Below are positions 12,719 through 23,005 of a stretch of DNA of 44,719 nt, one piece after another. The position numbers and the translations under genes were made by a program. Source of the stretch: Candidatus Eiseniibacteriota bacterium (GTDB taxonomy: Bacteria; Eisenbacteria; RBG-16-71-46); contig JANMQY010000007.1 in the NCBI GenBank assembly GCA_031370785.1, positions 1-44,719 on the forward strand, in the 5' to 3' direction. How positions within the stretch are numbered: the first letter of the stretch is position 1; every line of letters starts with the position of its first letter. The notes under the pieces are model-generated. The model saw only the letters and a list, made by a program, of their open reading frames with translations, searched no databases and was not told where the DNA came from.

Positions 12719-14047
12719 GTGTTCGAAGCACTTAGCGACAGATTTCAGGGCATCGTCCGTGGCCTTACCGGCCAGGGGCGGCTCTCCCCGGACAACATCC
12801 GGGAAAGTCTGCGGGATGTGCGGCGGGCGCTTCTCGAGGCCGACGTCAACGTGGCGGTCGCGCGCGACTTCGTGGCGCGGATCGAGGCACGGGCGGTAGG
12901 CGAGGAAGTCCTGAAAAGCCTGACCCCCGGCCAGCAGGTCGTGGGGATCGTGCGCGACGAGCTCGAGAGCCTTCTCGGCAAGACCCCGGTGACGCTCGCT
13001 GGCTCGCCGCACGTGCCGACCGTGGTGCTGCTCGCCGGCCTTCAGGGCTCGGGCAAGACCACCTTCGCCGGCAAGCTGGCACGGTGGCTCCAGGAAAAAT
13101 CGAAGCGCGTTCTGCTCGCGAGCGCCGATGTGTATCGGCCGGCGGCCATCGATCAGCTCGAACGCCTTGCCGAGCGCGCGGGGGCAGGCTTCTGGCGCGC
13201 GCCCGACGTCGCGACGCCGGAGGCGATCGCGGCCGGGGCACTCGAGCAGGCGCGGATCCGCGGGTTCGATTTCCTGGTGCTGGATACGGCGGGCCGGCTG
13301 CAGATCGACGAAACGATGATGGCCGAGCTGCAGGCGCTCAAGCGCCTGAGTCGCGCGCATCAGGTGCTGCTGGTCGTGGATGGGATGACGGGGCAGGAGG
13401 CGGTGCGCATCGGCCAGACGTTTGCCGAGAAGGTCGGCATCGATGGGCTCGTGCTCACCAAGATGGACGGCGATGCGCGCGGTGGCGCGGCGCTCTCGCT
13501 TCGGCAGGTCACGGGCAAGCCGATCCAGTTCCTGGGAGTTGGGGAAAAGCTCGACGCTCTGGAGGCGTTCGATGCTTCGAGGCTGGCGGGGCGCATCCTC
13601 GGCATGGGCGATGTGATCGGCCTGGTCGAGATGGCGCGCAGTTCGGTGAACGAGGCCGATGCGGTCCAGATGGCGCAGAAGATGCGCAAATCGGACTTCA
13701 CCCTCGACGATTTTCTGGATCAGCTTCGACAACTGAAGAAGATGGGTCCGATCGAGGACCTGCTGAAGATGATCCCGGGCGTAAATCGCGCGGCGCTGGA
13801 GCAGAGCAAGCCTGATCTCGACCGGATAAAGAAGTACGAAGCGATCATGCAGAGCATGACGGTTCGCGAGAGGCGCCTGCCGCGCGTGATCGACGGTAGC
13901 CGGCGACGCCGCATCGCGGCGGGCAGCGGAACCTCGGTGACCGAGGTGAACCGGCTGCTCAAGGATTTCGATCAGGCCCGGACGCTGATGAAGCGCCTGA
14001 AGCACGGCCCGCGCGGGCTGGCGGCGCTGCGCAGCCGGATGCGCTGA
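12719..14047 (+). CDS. ffh: Signal recognition particle protein
   Basis: ALLEADV, GLQGSGKTT, DVYRPAA, DTAGR, TKMDGDARGG, M-domain GSRRRRIAAGSG. Confidence 0.97.
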   Translation: MFEALSDRFQGIVRGLTGQGRLSPDNIRESLRDVRRALLEADVNVAVARDFVARIEARAVGEEVLKSLTPGQQVVGIVRDELESLLGKTPVTLAGSPHVPTVVLLAGLQGSGKTTFAGKLARWLQEKSKRVLLASADVYRPAAIDQLERLAERAGAGFWRAPDVATPEAIAAGALEQARIRGFDFLVLDTAGRLQIDETMMAELQALKRLSRAHQVLLVVDGMTGQEAVRIGQTFAEKVGIDGLVLTKMDGDARGGAALSLRQVTGKPIQFLGVGEKLDALEAFDASRLAGRILGMGDVIGLVEMARSSVNEADAVQMAQKMRKSDFTLDDFLDQLRQLKKMGPIEDLLKMIPGVNRAALEQSKPDLDRIKKYEAIMQSMTVRERRLPRVIDGSRRRRIAAGSGTSVTEVNRLLKDFDQARTLMKRLKHGPRGLAALRSRMR

Positions 14048-14128
14048 GAAAGAGTTCCATCAACACGCGTCGCTCACGATCGCGATCGAGAGTGGCGCGC
14101 ATGAAGTACCTGAAGGAGGAGGATTCAA

Positions 14129-14536
14129 ATGTCGGTAGTGATTCGTCTCATGCGGGCCGGAGCGAAGAAGCGGCCCTTTTACCGGATGGTGGCTGCAGAC
14201 TCGCGACGTCAGCGCGACGGTCGCTTCCTCGAGATCCTCGGACACTACAATCCGCTGACCCAGCCGTACGAGCTGGTGGTGCACAAGGACAAGGTCGAGA
14301 CCTGGCTGTCCAAGGGCGCGCAGCCCTCGGAGCAGGCCGCCTCGCTCCTGCGTTCGCTCGGCATCGTGATGGGGCGGCCCTCGGTCTCGAACCGCAAGGT
14401 CGCCAAGCCGGCCGCCGGCCCCGCCGCGAAGAAGGCGGCGCCGAAGAAGCGCATGGTCAAGCGCACGCTGTCGGCGCGCAAGGCGCAGAAGAAGACCGTG
14501 CGCCGGACCGCGAAGAAGTCGGTGGCCAAGGCGTAG
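14129..14536 (+). CDS. rpsP: 30S ribosomal protein S16 with a Lys/Ala-rich C-terminal tail
   Basis: [41 protein letters not shown]; strong GGAGGAGG RBS. Confidence 0.96.
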   Translation: MSVVIRLMRAGAKKRPFYRMVAADSRRQRDGRFLEILGHYNPLTQPYELVVHKDKVETWLSKGAQPSEQAASLLRSLGIVMGRPSVSNRKVAKPAAGPAAKKAAPKKRMVKRTLSARKAQKKTVRRTAKKSVAKA

Positions 14537-14551
14537 TGCCGGTGAAGTTGC

Positions 14552-14595
14552 GCGGCCCCGGCTCGGGAACACACACGCCGGGGCCGCTGCTTTCC
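14552..14595 (+). terminator. Probable terminator hairpin after rpsP
   Basis: 11-bp stem GCGGCCCCGGC / GCCGGGGCCGC with a weak T-tract. Confidence 0.5.
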
Positions 14596-14609
14596 AGGAG
14601 GGAATCGGC

Positions 14610-14954
14610 TTGACGCATGCTCGCGCGCTCGCGCATGGTCCGCCCGCGTGCCGGCTGCTGGCCGGGCTCGCGCTGATCGCGTGTCTCTGGGGCTGCGCGC
14701 CACGCGAGAAGGCGCCGCCGCCGCCCGATGCGGCGACCCACGCGCAGCAGCTGCTCGACGCCGGAAACGCGGCGTATCAGGCCGGCGACTACCGGCTCGC
14801 CGCACGGCGCTACGGCGCGGCCGCGGTGGTGCGCAGCGACGATCCGGCCGCATACTACGGACTGGGCATGGCGCTCGCGAAGCTCGGACGCGACGAAGAT
14901 GCGCGCACCGCGTACGCGCGGGCGCGGATGTTGGCGCAGCGGCAGCAGGAATAG
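14610..14954 (+). CDS. TPR-containing putative lipoprotein
   Basis: AGGAGG RBS, TTG start, lipobox-like LWGC, TPR pattern (GNAAYQAGDY...AYYGLGMALAKLGRDEDA). Confidence 0.7.
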   Translation: MTHARALAHGPPACRLLAGLALIACLWGCAPREKAPPPPDAATHAQQLLDAGNAAYQAGDYRLAARRYGAAAVVRSDDPAAYYGLGMALAKLGRDEDARTAYARARMLAQRQQE

Positions 14955-15016
14955 CGCGCGGACGCCCGATTCCAGGAGGGCGCGCGAGACCGAGTTCGTC
15001 CCCAACCTCGACCCCC

Positions 15017-16297
15017 ATGCTCGATCCCAAATTCATCCGCAACCACCGTGACAAGGTCGAAGCCGGACTGGCGCTCAAAGGCGCGGCCGTGGACCTGCCG
15101 CGCCTCTACGCGATCGAGGAGCGCCGGCTCGCGGTGCTCCACGAGACCGAGCAGCTCAAGGCCCTTCGCAATGCCGCGAGCGAGGCGATCGCGCAGAAGA
15201 AGAAGCGCGGCGAGAACGCCGATGCCGACATCGCCGCGATGCGCGAAGTGGGCGATCGAGTCAAGGCGCTCGACGCCGAGCTCAAGCAGCTCGAGGAAGA
15301 GAGCGAGTCGATCGCGGCGTGGATCCCGAATCTGCCGCACGCATCGGTCCCGCCCGGGCGTGACGCCGCGCAGAACATGGTGGTGCGCAGCTGGGGCAAG
15401 CCGCCGAAGTTCGATTTCGAGGCCCGATCGCACTGGGATCTGGCGACCTCGCTCGGACTGCTGGATTTCGAGCGGGCGCCGAAGATCGCGGGATCCGGCT
15501 TCCTGGTCTTCACCGGGATGGGCGCGCGACTCGAGCGTGCTCTGATCCAGTTCATGCTCGACTTCCACACCACCCGCCATGGCTACACCGAGGTGGCGGT
15601 GCCGCATGTCGTGCGCCGCGCGGTGCTGTTCGGCACCGGACAGCTGCCCAAGTTGGAAGGCGACATGTATCACATCGGCGAGGACGATCTGTTCCTGAAC
15701 CCGACCGCCGAGGTCCCGGTCACCAACCTGTATCGCGACGAGATCCTCGAGCCGGGCATGGTGCCGCGCTCGATGACCGCGTACTGCGCGTCGTACCGGC
15801 GTGAGGCCGGCACCTACGGCAAGGACACGCGCGGCATGGTGCGCGTGCATCAGTTCGACAAGGTCGAGCTGGTGAAGATCGTGCCGCCCGAGACCAGCTA
15901 CGACGAGCACGAGAAGCTGGCGCGCGACGTGGCCGAAATCTTCGAAGCGCTCGAGCTGCCCTACCGCGTCGTGCTGCTGTGCAGCGGAGATCTGAGCTTC
16001 GCCGCCGCCAAGTGCTACGACTTCGAGGTGTGGTCGCCCGGCACTGGCAGCTGGCTCGAGTGTTCCTCGTGCTCCAACTTCGAGGACTTCCAGGCGCGGC
16101 GCATGAACATGCGTTTCCGCCGCGCAGCCGGGGAGAAGGCCGAGTTCCCGCACACGCTCAACGCCTCGGGCGTTGCGCTGCCACGCACCTACGCGGCGCT
16201 GCTCGAGAATCACCAGACCGCACGCGGCACCGTGCGCATTCCCGCGGCGCTGCGCCCGTACCTCGGCGGGCTCGAGGAGATCGGGCCCGAGGGGTAG
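15017..16297 (+). CDS. serS: Serine--tRNA ligase
   Basis: MLDPKFIR start, IPNLPH, GTGQLPK, PTAEVP, RREAG, RVHQFDKVE, SNFEDFQARR, HTLNASG. Confidence 0.97.
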   Translation: MLDPKFIRNHRDKVEAGLALKGAAVDLPRLYAIEERRLAVLHETEQLKALRNAASEAIAQKKKRGENADADIAAMREVGDRVKALDAELKQLEEESESIAAWIPNLPHASVPPGRDAAQNMVVRSWGKPPKFDFEARSHWDLATSLGLLDFERAPKIAGSGFLVFTGMGARLERALIQFMLDFHTTRHGYTEVAVPHVVRRAVLFGTGQLPKLEGDMYHIGEDDLFLNPTAEVPVTNLYRDEILEPGMVPRSMTAYCASYRREAGTYGKDTRGMVRVHQFDKVELVKIVPPETSYDEHEKLARDVAEIFEALELPYRVVLLCSGDLSFAAAKCYDFEVWSPGTGSWLECSSCSNFEDFQARRMNMRFRRAAGEKAEFPHTLNASGVALPRTYAALLENHQTARGTVRIPAALRPYLGGLEEIGPEG

Positions 16298-16300
16298 TCG

Positions 16301-17587
16301 GTGGAGCGCGCCCCGGCCCGCCCGCGACCGTCGGGCAAGCAGCTGATCAAGGCCAGCCTGATCCTGGGTTCGAGCCTGCTGGTAGTCGCAGTATTCCTGT
16401 TCACGCACCAGATGATCCGGCGCCTGTCGGAGGAGGTCGCGACCACCTCGCGCGTGTTCGCCCAGTTCTGCGCGCAGGCCTCGATCCCGGCGACGCGCGA
16501 TCCCGAGCTGCAGCGCATCTTCTCGCAGGTGATCTCGAGCCTCGACTTCCCGATCGTCATCACCGACACCACCGGCACCCCGCGCGCATGGCGTGAGGTC
16601 GGACTGGATCCCGCCCTGGTGCCGGCCGCCTCGATCGACAGTCTCGAAGCGGGGTTCGCGATCGCAGGTCCGATCCGCGAGCGCATCGAATTCGTGCGCC
16701 GCCGGGTGGCCGATCTCGACCGCAGCAATCAACCGATCGTCATGGCGACCTCCGCCGGCGACACGCTCGGCCGCGTGCACTTCGGCGAGCCGCAGGTGCT
16801 GGCCCGGCTGCGCTGGATGCCCTATCTGTCGGTGGGCGGCGTCGTGCTGCTGCTCGGCATCGGCCTCGCCGGACTCGCCGGAGTCCGAGCGGCGGAGAAG
16901 CGCACCATCTGGGTTGGGATGGCGAAGGAGACCGCGCACCAGCTGGGGACGCCGCTCTCGTCGATGATGGGCTGGGTCGAGCTGCTGCGCTCGCACGGCG
17001 AGGGCGCTCCCGGCGATCGGGTGAGCCTGCCGCGCGCCGACTTCGTCGAAACCCTCGACGAGATGGAGCGCGACATCGAGCGGCTCAGCAAGGTCGCCCA
17101 GCGCTTCAGCCACGTCGGCTCGGCCCCGCACGTCGAGCCGCGCGACATCATCCCGATCGTGCGCGAGGTCGTTCAGTACATGCGACGCCGACTGCCCTCG
17201 AACGGCGAGGGCGTGCAGCTGCGCGAGGTCTATGAAGACGTCCCGCCGGTCAACCTCAACCCGCAGCTGGTGGAGTGGGCGCTCGAGAACCTCCTCTCGA
17301 ACGCGATCTCGGCGCTCGACAAGAAGCCCGGCGTGATCGAGGTGTCGGTGAAGCTGCGCGGAGAGACCGAGACGGTCGAGGTCGCGGTGCAGGACAACGG
17401 GCGCGGCATGTCACGCGAGGAACAAGCCCACGCGTTCGAGCCGGGCTACACCACCCGGCAGCGCGGCTGGGGCCTCGGGCTTGCGCTGGCGCGGCGCGTG
17501 GTGCACGAGTATCACGGCGGGAAGATCTTCATCCGCGAGAGCGTGCCGGGAAAGGGCACGGTCATGGTGATGAGATTCCCCACGTGA
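16301..17587 (+). CDS. Membrane sensor histidine kinase
   Basis: Two hydrophobic helices, H-box AKETAHQLGTPLSS, N-box ENLLSNA, DNGRG, GWGLGL. Confidence 0.92.
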   Translation: MERAPARPRPSGKQLIKASLILGSSLLVVAVFLFTHQMIRRLSEEVATTSRVFAQFCAQASIPATRDPELQRIFSQVISSLDFPIVITDTTGTPRAWREVGLDPALVPAASIDSLEAGFAIAGPIRERIEFVRRRVADLDRSNQPIVMATSAGDTLGRVHFGEPQVLARLRWMPYLSVGGVVLLLGIGLAGLAGVRAAEKRTIWVGMAKETAHQLGTPLSSMMGWVELLRSHGEGAPGDRVSLPRADFVETLDEMERDIERLSKVAQRFSHVGSAPHVEPRDIIPIVREVVQYMRRRLPSNGEGVQLREVYEDVPPVNLNPQLVEWALENLLSNAISALDKKPGVIEVSVKLRGETETVEVAVQDNGRGMSREEQAHAFEPGYTTRQRGWGLGLALARRVVHEYHGGKIFIRESVPGKGTVMVMRFPT

Positions 17588-17612
17588 TGTCGCACGCGTC
17601 GTGCCGCCCCCG

Positions 17613-18458
17613 CTAGCGCTTTTCCACTCGAATCGAGCCGTCGCCGGAGTGCAGGCGCAGCGGGCCGCCTCCGCCGTTGATCGTGCCGCGCAGGTGCGAG
17701 CGGCTCCAGTCGCCCGAGAATTCCACCGGCATGTTCATCGTGATGCGGCCATCGCCGGTCTGCGCCTCGAGGTTGGCCTTGAGCGAGGCCGGCAGGCGCA
17801 GCAGCTGAGATCCGTCGCCGGTGTGCAGCGACCAGGGCTCGCGCACCACCGAGCCCGGCTCGATGTCCGCGACCAGGCGGCCGTCACCGCTCATCAGGTC
17901 GAGCACGTCGAAGCGGCCGCTCACCCGGATGTGGCCGTCCTGGGTGCTGGCGTGGAACCGGCCGTCGAGGTCCTCGCCGTCGATCCCTCCGTCGGCGGTT
18001 GCCACGCGGATGTCTCCGCGCGCGCCTCGCACCAGGATGGCGCCATCGCCGGTCTGCACGTCGAGTCGGCCGGTGAGCGGCGCGATCTCGACCGAGCCGT
18101 CTCCGGTGCGGACCTCGAGCTCGGCCTCGCGCGGCATGGACACGTCGATGCGAACGCTGTGGTTGATCCCGATGCTGACGAAGCCGCGCGGCGTGCGCGC
18201 CGAGATGTGGATCTCGGAGCCTTCCTGATGCGCATCGAGTCGAAGCTGGGAGCCGACGTGCCAGCCCTTCGACTCGACGTGCACCGAGACTTCGGGACGA
18301 TTCCAGGTGGTGATGGTCACGTGGCCGTCGTCGGCTTCGACGCTGACGTGAGGATGGGCGGGCACATCGAAGTGCCGGTCCCACTGTTCGGCCGAGGCGG
18401 GGCGGGCGGCAACAGCCAGGGCGAGCGCGAGGGCGGGCAGGCAGCGAACGAATCGCAT
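17613..18458 (-). CDS. Exported DUF4097-type beta-strand repeat protein
   Basis: Signal peptide ending ASA; repeated (T/S)GDG(S/A/R)-x-x units. Confidence 0.85.
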   Translation of the reverse strand: MRFVRCLPALALALAVAARPASAEQWDRHFDVPAHPHVSVEADDGHVTITTWNRPEVSVHVESKGWHVGSQLRLDAHQEGSEIHISARTPRGFVSIGINHSVRIDVSMPREAELEVRTGDGSVEIAPLTGRLDVQTGDGAILVRGARGDIRVATADGGIDGEDLDGRFHASTQDGHIRVSGRFDVLDLMSGDGRLVADIEPGSVVREPWSLHTGDGSQLLRLPASLKANLEAQTGDGRITMNMPVEFSGDWSRSHLRGTINGGGGPLRLHSGDGSIRVEKR

Positions 18459-18491
18459 GGCGGGGTCCTCCGAGGGTAGGATGGCGCCGAC

Positions 18492-18520
18492 TCTACGCCC
18501 GCCGGCCCGGTCGGGTTGCA
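18492..18520 (-). promoter_or_regulatory. Candidate ECF promoter for the first DUF4097 gene
   Basis: Minus strand TGCAACCC-N15-CGTAGA; the same motif and spacing precede the second DUF4097 gene. Confidence 0.6.
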
Positions 18521-18776
18521 GGGCGAAGTGGAAACGCCGGGTCCCCGTGCGAATCTACAGCGGACGCCGCCCGCTGGTTCTTTGGCGAACGCCACGCCGC
18601 GCATCGGGGTATGCATGAGGGCCGCTCCCAGACTCATTCTTGACCACCGGGCGCTCCGGTGGCGGGGGTCGTGACCCCGCGCTATCATGCGCGCGGCCCT
18701 GCCGTCCGCCTCGAGGTCGCCCCGGAGCCACCCCTAAGGGGCAGTGCGGCGGACCCACCCCGAACCCATCCCAAAA

Positions 18777-20345
18777 ATGACCGACGACAAGCGACGCCGA
18801 ATCCTCTGGGCCGACGACGAAATCGACCTGTTGCGCCCGCACATCCGTTTCCTCGAACAGAAGGGATTCGCGGTCACCGCGGTGCCCAACGGCGAGGACG
18901 CGCTCAGCGAGCTGGATCGCGGCAGCTACGACGTGGTGCTGCTCGACGAGATGATGCCAGGGCTCGGCGGCCTCGCCACGCTCAGCGCGATCAAGGGCCG
19001 GGATCTGTCGGTGCCGGTCATCCTGATCACCAAGAGCGAGGAGGAGACGCTGATGAACGAGGCGATCGGCAAGCACATCACCGATTACCTCATCAAGCCG
19101 GTCAATCCCTCGCAGGTGTTCCTTGCGTGCAAGCGGGTGTTCGACACCAACCGGCTGCAGGACAATGCCAGGGCCCGCGACTACGTCGGCGAGATGCAGC
19201 GCTGGCAGAACCTCGATATCCGCCGCCTCGACTGGAAGGGCTGGGTGGATGTCGCGGTCGACGTCGCGCGCTGGGACGTGAGGCTCGACGCGGTGCAGGA
19301 GGAGGGCTTGAAGCAGGCGCATGCCGACTTCCGGCGCAGCCTCAACATCGATTTCGGGCGCTTCATCGAGGAGCATTACCCGCACTGGGTGAATGGAAGC
19401 GGCGATCGTCCGCTGCTCTCGAACGACGTGGTGCGCCATGCGGTCGTGCCGCACCTGCAGGCGAAGAAGCGCGTGGTGTTCATCGTCATCGACTGCATGC
19501 GCATGGATCAGTGGTTCACGCTCGAGCCTCTGCTCGAGGACTATTTCGCGATCGACCGGCAGTTCTACTGCTCGATCCTGCCCACCGCGACGCCCTACTC
19601 GCGCAACGCGATCTTCGCCGGGCTCCTGCCGTCCGAGCTGGTCAAGCGTCACCCGGACCTGTGGCAGGAGACGAGCAAGGACGAGCGGACCAAGAATCGA
19701 TACGAGCGTCAGCTGCTCGACTTCCAGCTCGAGCGGCTCAAGGCGATGCCCGACAAGCCGCCGAAGTACCTCAAGATCTACGACGCCGACGAGGCGCACG
19801 CGACCCGGCGTCAGATCAATTCGTTCGCGGGGCTGCCGCTGGTGAGCATGGTGTTCAACTTTCTCGACATCCTCGCGCACGGCCGCTCGGAGAGCGAAAT
19901 CATCCAGGAGCTCGCGCCCGACGAGGCGGCGTTCCGCGCGGTGATGAAGGCGTGGTTCGTGCACAGCCCGCTGTACGACATCCTGCGCGCACTCTCGACC
20001 CAGGCTTGCACCGTGGTGATCACCACCGACCACGGCGCGGTGCTGGGACGGCGCGCGGCGCTGGTGTACGGGAACCGCGACACCTCGACCAACCTGCGCT
20101 ACAAGTTCGGCGTCAATCTCAACACCGATAGCAAGCACGCGGTGATCGTGCGCAAGCCGCTGGACTACGCCCTGCCCGAGGGGCTCAACAAGAATTACAT
20201 CCTCGCCCGCGAGGACTACTACTTCGTGTACCCGACGCGATTCCACGAGTTCGAGCGCCAGTATCGCGGCTCGCTCCAGCATGGCGGGATCTCGGTCGAG
20301 GAGATGATCCTGCCGCTCATCACCCTGACTCCGAAGCGCGCATGA
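18777..20345 (+). CDS. PorX-like response regulator (receiver domain plus PglZ/alkaline-phosphatase-superfamily domain)
   Basis: ILWADDE, LLDEMMPG, ITKSEEE, KP in the receiver; IVIDCMR, LPTATPYSRN, NFLDILAH, TTDHG, QHGG in the PglZ domain; overlaps tsaE. Confidence 0.88.
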   Translation: MTDDKRRRILWADDEIDLLRPHIRFLEQKGFAVTAVPNGEDALSELDRGSYDVVLLDEMMPGLGGLATLSAIKGRDLSVPVILITKSEEETLMNEAIGKHITDYLIKPVNPSQVFLACKRVFDTNRLQDNARARDYVGEMQRWQNLDIRRLDWKGWVDVAVDVARWDVRLDAVQEEGLKQAHADFRRSLNIDFGRFIEEHYPHWVNGSGDRPLLSNDVVRHAVVPHLQAKKRVVFIVIDCMRMDQWFTLEPLLEDYFAIDRQFYCSILPTATPYSRNAIFAGLLPSELVKRHPDLWQETSKDERTKNRYERQLLDFQLERLKAMPDKPPKYLKIYDADEAHATRRQINSFAGLPLVSMVFNFLDILAHGRSESEIIQELAPDEAAFRAVMKAWFVHSPLYDILRALSTQACTVVITTDHGAVLGRRAALVYGNRDTSTNLRYKFGVNLNTDSKHAVIVRKPLDYALPEGLNKNYILAREDYYFVYPTRFHEFERQYRGSLQHGGISVEEMILPLITLTPKRA

Positions 20346-20842
20346 AGCTCGAGCCCCGCTCGTCGGCGCCGGCGCGAATTCCGCGTTCGGCGCGCATTAG
20401 CGCATCGCCCGAGGCCACCGAGCGCCTCGGCGCGGCGCTCGCGCCCGCGATCGAGGAAGGCGACGTGATCGCGCTGAGCGGCGCGCTCGGCGCGGGCAAG
20501 ACCTGCTTCGTCAGCGGGGTCGCGCGCGGGCTGTCGGTGAGGACGCGGGTGCGAAGCCCTTCGTTCACGCTCATCAACGAGTACCGGGGGCGCGTGCTGC
20601 TGCTGCACCTCGACCTGTACCGCATCGAGCCCATGGACGCCGGCTCGCTCGGTCTCGAAGAGCAGCGCGAGCGGGGCGCGCTGGTCGTGGAGTGGGGCGA
20701 GAAGCTGCCGGGCCTGCTGCTCGAGGACGCGCTGCACATCGCGTTCGAGGTTGAGGAAGGCGACACGCGCGTGCTCTCCGCCGATGCGGAGAGCGGCCGC
20801 GGCCTCGCGCTGCTCGAGGCGTGGCGCGCGATCGAGAGCTGA
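20342..20842 (+). CDS. tsaE: tRNA threonylcarbamoyladenosine biosynthesis ATPase
   Basis: GALGAGKT, SPSFTLINEY, HLDLYR, VEWG. Confidence 0.93.
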   Translation: MKLEPRSSAPARIPRSARISASPEATERLGAALAPAIEEGDVIALSGALGAGKTCFVSGVARGLSVRTRVRSPSFTLINEYRGRVLLLHLDLYRIEPMDAGSLGLEEQRERGALVVEWGEKLPGLLLEDALHIAFEVEEGDTRVLSADAESGRGLALLEAWRAIES

Positions 20843-20843
20843 C

Positions 20844-22025
20844 GTGCTCGGGCTCGCCATCGAAGCGGCCACCAGCCACGTCGAAGTCGCGGTGGTCGAC
20901 TCCAGCCTCGCTCCACTCGCGCACGAGATCGAGGAGGTGGGGCATGGGCACACCCGGCGCCTCGCCCCGCTCGTGGCCCGCGCGCTCGAGCGTGCCGGCC
21001 GGCGGATCGAGCAGCTGAAGTGGATCGCCGTCGACCTGGGCCCGGGATCGTTCACCGGAGTGCGGGTCGGGCTCGCGACTGCCGAGGCGCTGGCGCTGGC
21101 CAGCGGCGCCGCGCTGTGCGGGGCGCCCTCGCTGACCGCGCTCGCGCTGGGAGCTGGCGCGGCGCGCGCGCTCATCGTGCCGCTGGTTCCTGGCGGAAGG
21201 CGCGACGTCTACGCCGGCTACTACCGCGCCGACGCGAAAGGCGCGGTCAGCCTGCTCGCCGCTCCGCGGGTCGGCCCTGTCGAGGAGGCGATCGCGGGCG
21301 CCCGCGAAGCGCGCGAGCTGGTGGCGGTCCGCGAAGTGTGTTTCGTCGGGCCGGGCGCGGCGCGCGAGCGCGAGGCGCTGGAGAGCGCGTTTCCCGGTTC
21401 GACCGGGAGCGAGAGCGGCTTCGCCGGACTCTCGGCGCTCGACCTGGCGCGTGCCGCGCGCTCGGTGCGCCGCGTGGCGCTCGGGCTCGAAGGTCCTTCT
21501 CAATCGCTGCGTCCGTTGTACGTTCGTCCCGCGCAGGCCGAGGAAAAGGTCCGCCGCCGCGCGCTCGCGAATCAGCCGCTGGTGATCCGCCCGTTCACGA
21601 ATGCCGAGGTGCCCGCGGCGGTGACCATCGAACGCCGCGTGTTCGGCGATCCCTGGACCGATTCGTTCTTCCGCGGCGAGCTCGGGCAGTCCATGGTGCA
21701 CGCGCGCGTCGCGCTGCTCGAGAACCGGCTCGCCGGCTACAGCGTGGCGTGGCTCGGGGTGGGCGAGGGCCATCTGGGCAACCTCGCGGTCGCGCCCGAG
21801 CACCGCAGGCGCGGCATCGCCCGCGCCCTGATGGATGACCTGATGCAGGCCGCGCGTGAGCGCGAGGTCGAACAGCTCAATCTCGAGGTGCGCACCTCGA
21901 ATTTCGCGGCCCAGGGCCTGTATCGGGCGTATGGATTTCGACTGGTGGGCCTGCGACGCGGGTATTATCGTGACAACGGCGAGGATGCGCTGGTGATGCA
22001 GTGGCGCAACTCGAAGCCGCACTGA
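20844..22025 (+). CDS. tsaB: TsaB-RimI fusion (t6A factor TsaB plus ribosomal-protein N-acetyltransferase)
   Basis: GPGSFTGVRVG and LRPLYVR, continuing in frame into a GNAT domain (NLAVAPEHRRRGIA, LEVRTSN, RRGYY, EDALVM). Confidence 0.85.
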   Translation: MLGLAIEAATSHVEVAVVDSSLAPLAHEIEEVGHGHTRRLAPLVARALERAGRRIEQLKWIAVDLGPGSFTGVRVGLATAEALALASGAALCGAPSLTALALGAGAARALIVPLVPGGRRDVYAGYYRADAKGAVSLLAAPRVGPVEEAIAGAREARELVAVREVCFVGPGAAREREALESAFPGSTGSESGFAGLSALDLARAARSVRRVALGLEGPSQSLRPLYVRPAQAEEKVRRRALANQPLVIRPFTNAEVPAAVTIERRVFGDPWTDSFFRGELGQSMVHARVALLENRLAGYSVAWLGVGEGHLGNLAVAPEHRRRGIARALMDDLMQAAREREVEQLNLEVRTSNFAAQGLYRAYGFRLVGLRRGYYRDNGEDALVMQWRNSKPH

Positions 22026-22051
22026 GCTCCACCCCGGAGTCCACCTTTCTC

Positions 22052-23001
<950 letters not shown>

Positions 23002-23005
<4 letters not shown>

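Noticed and set aside
14066..14100. Hairpin between ffh and rpsP as a ribosomal-protein leader RNA
   Set aside because: A stem around CGATCGCGATCG exists, but nothing else supports a regulatory role.
14955..16297. serS as part of a selenocysteine gene cluster
   Set aside because: It is an ordinary SerRS 17 kb from the selenoprotein, and no selA, selB, selC or selD is visible in the window.
18777..20345. PglZ domain as evidence of a BREX phage-defence system
   Set aside because: It is fused to a receiver domain (PorX architecture) in a housekeeping operon, with no brxC, pglX or brxL nearby.
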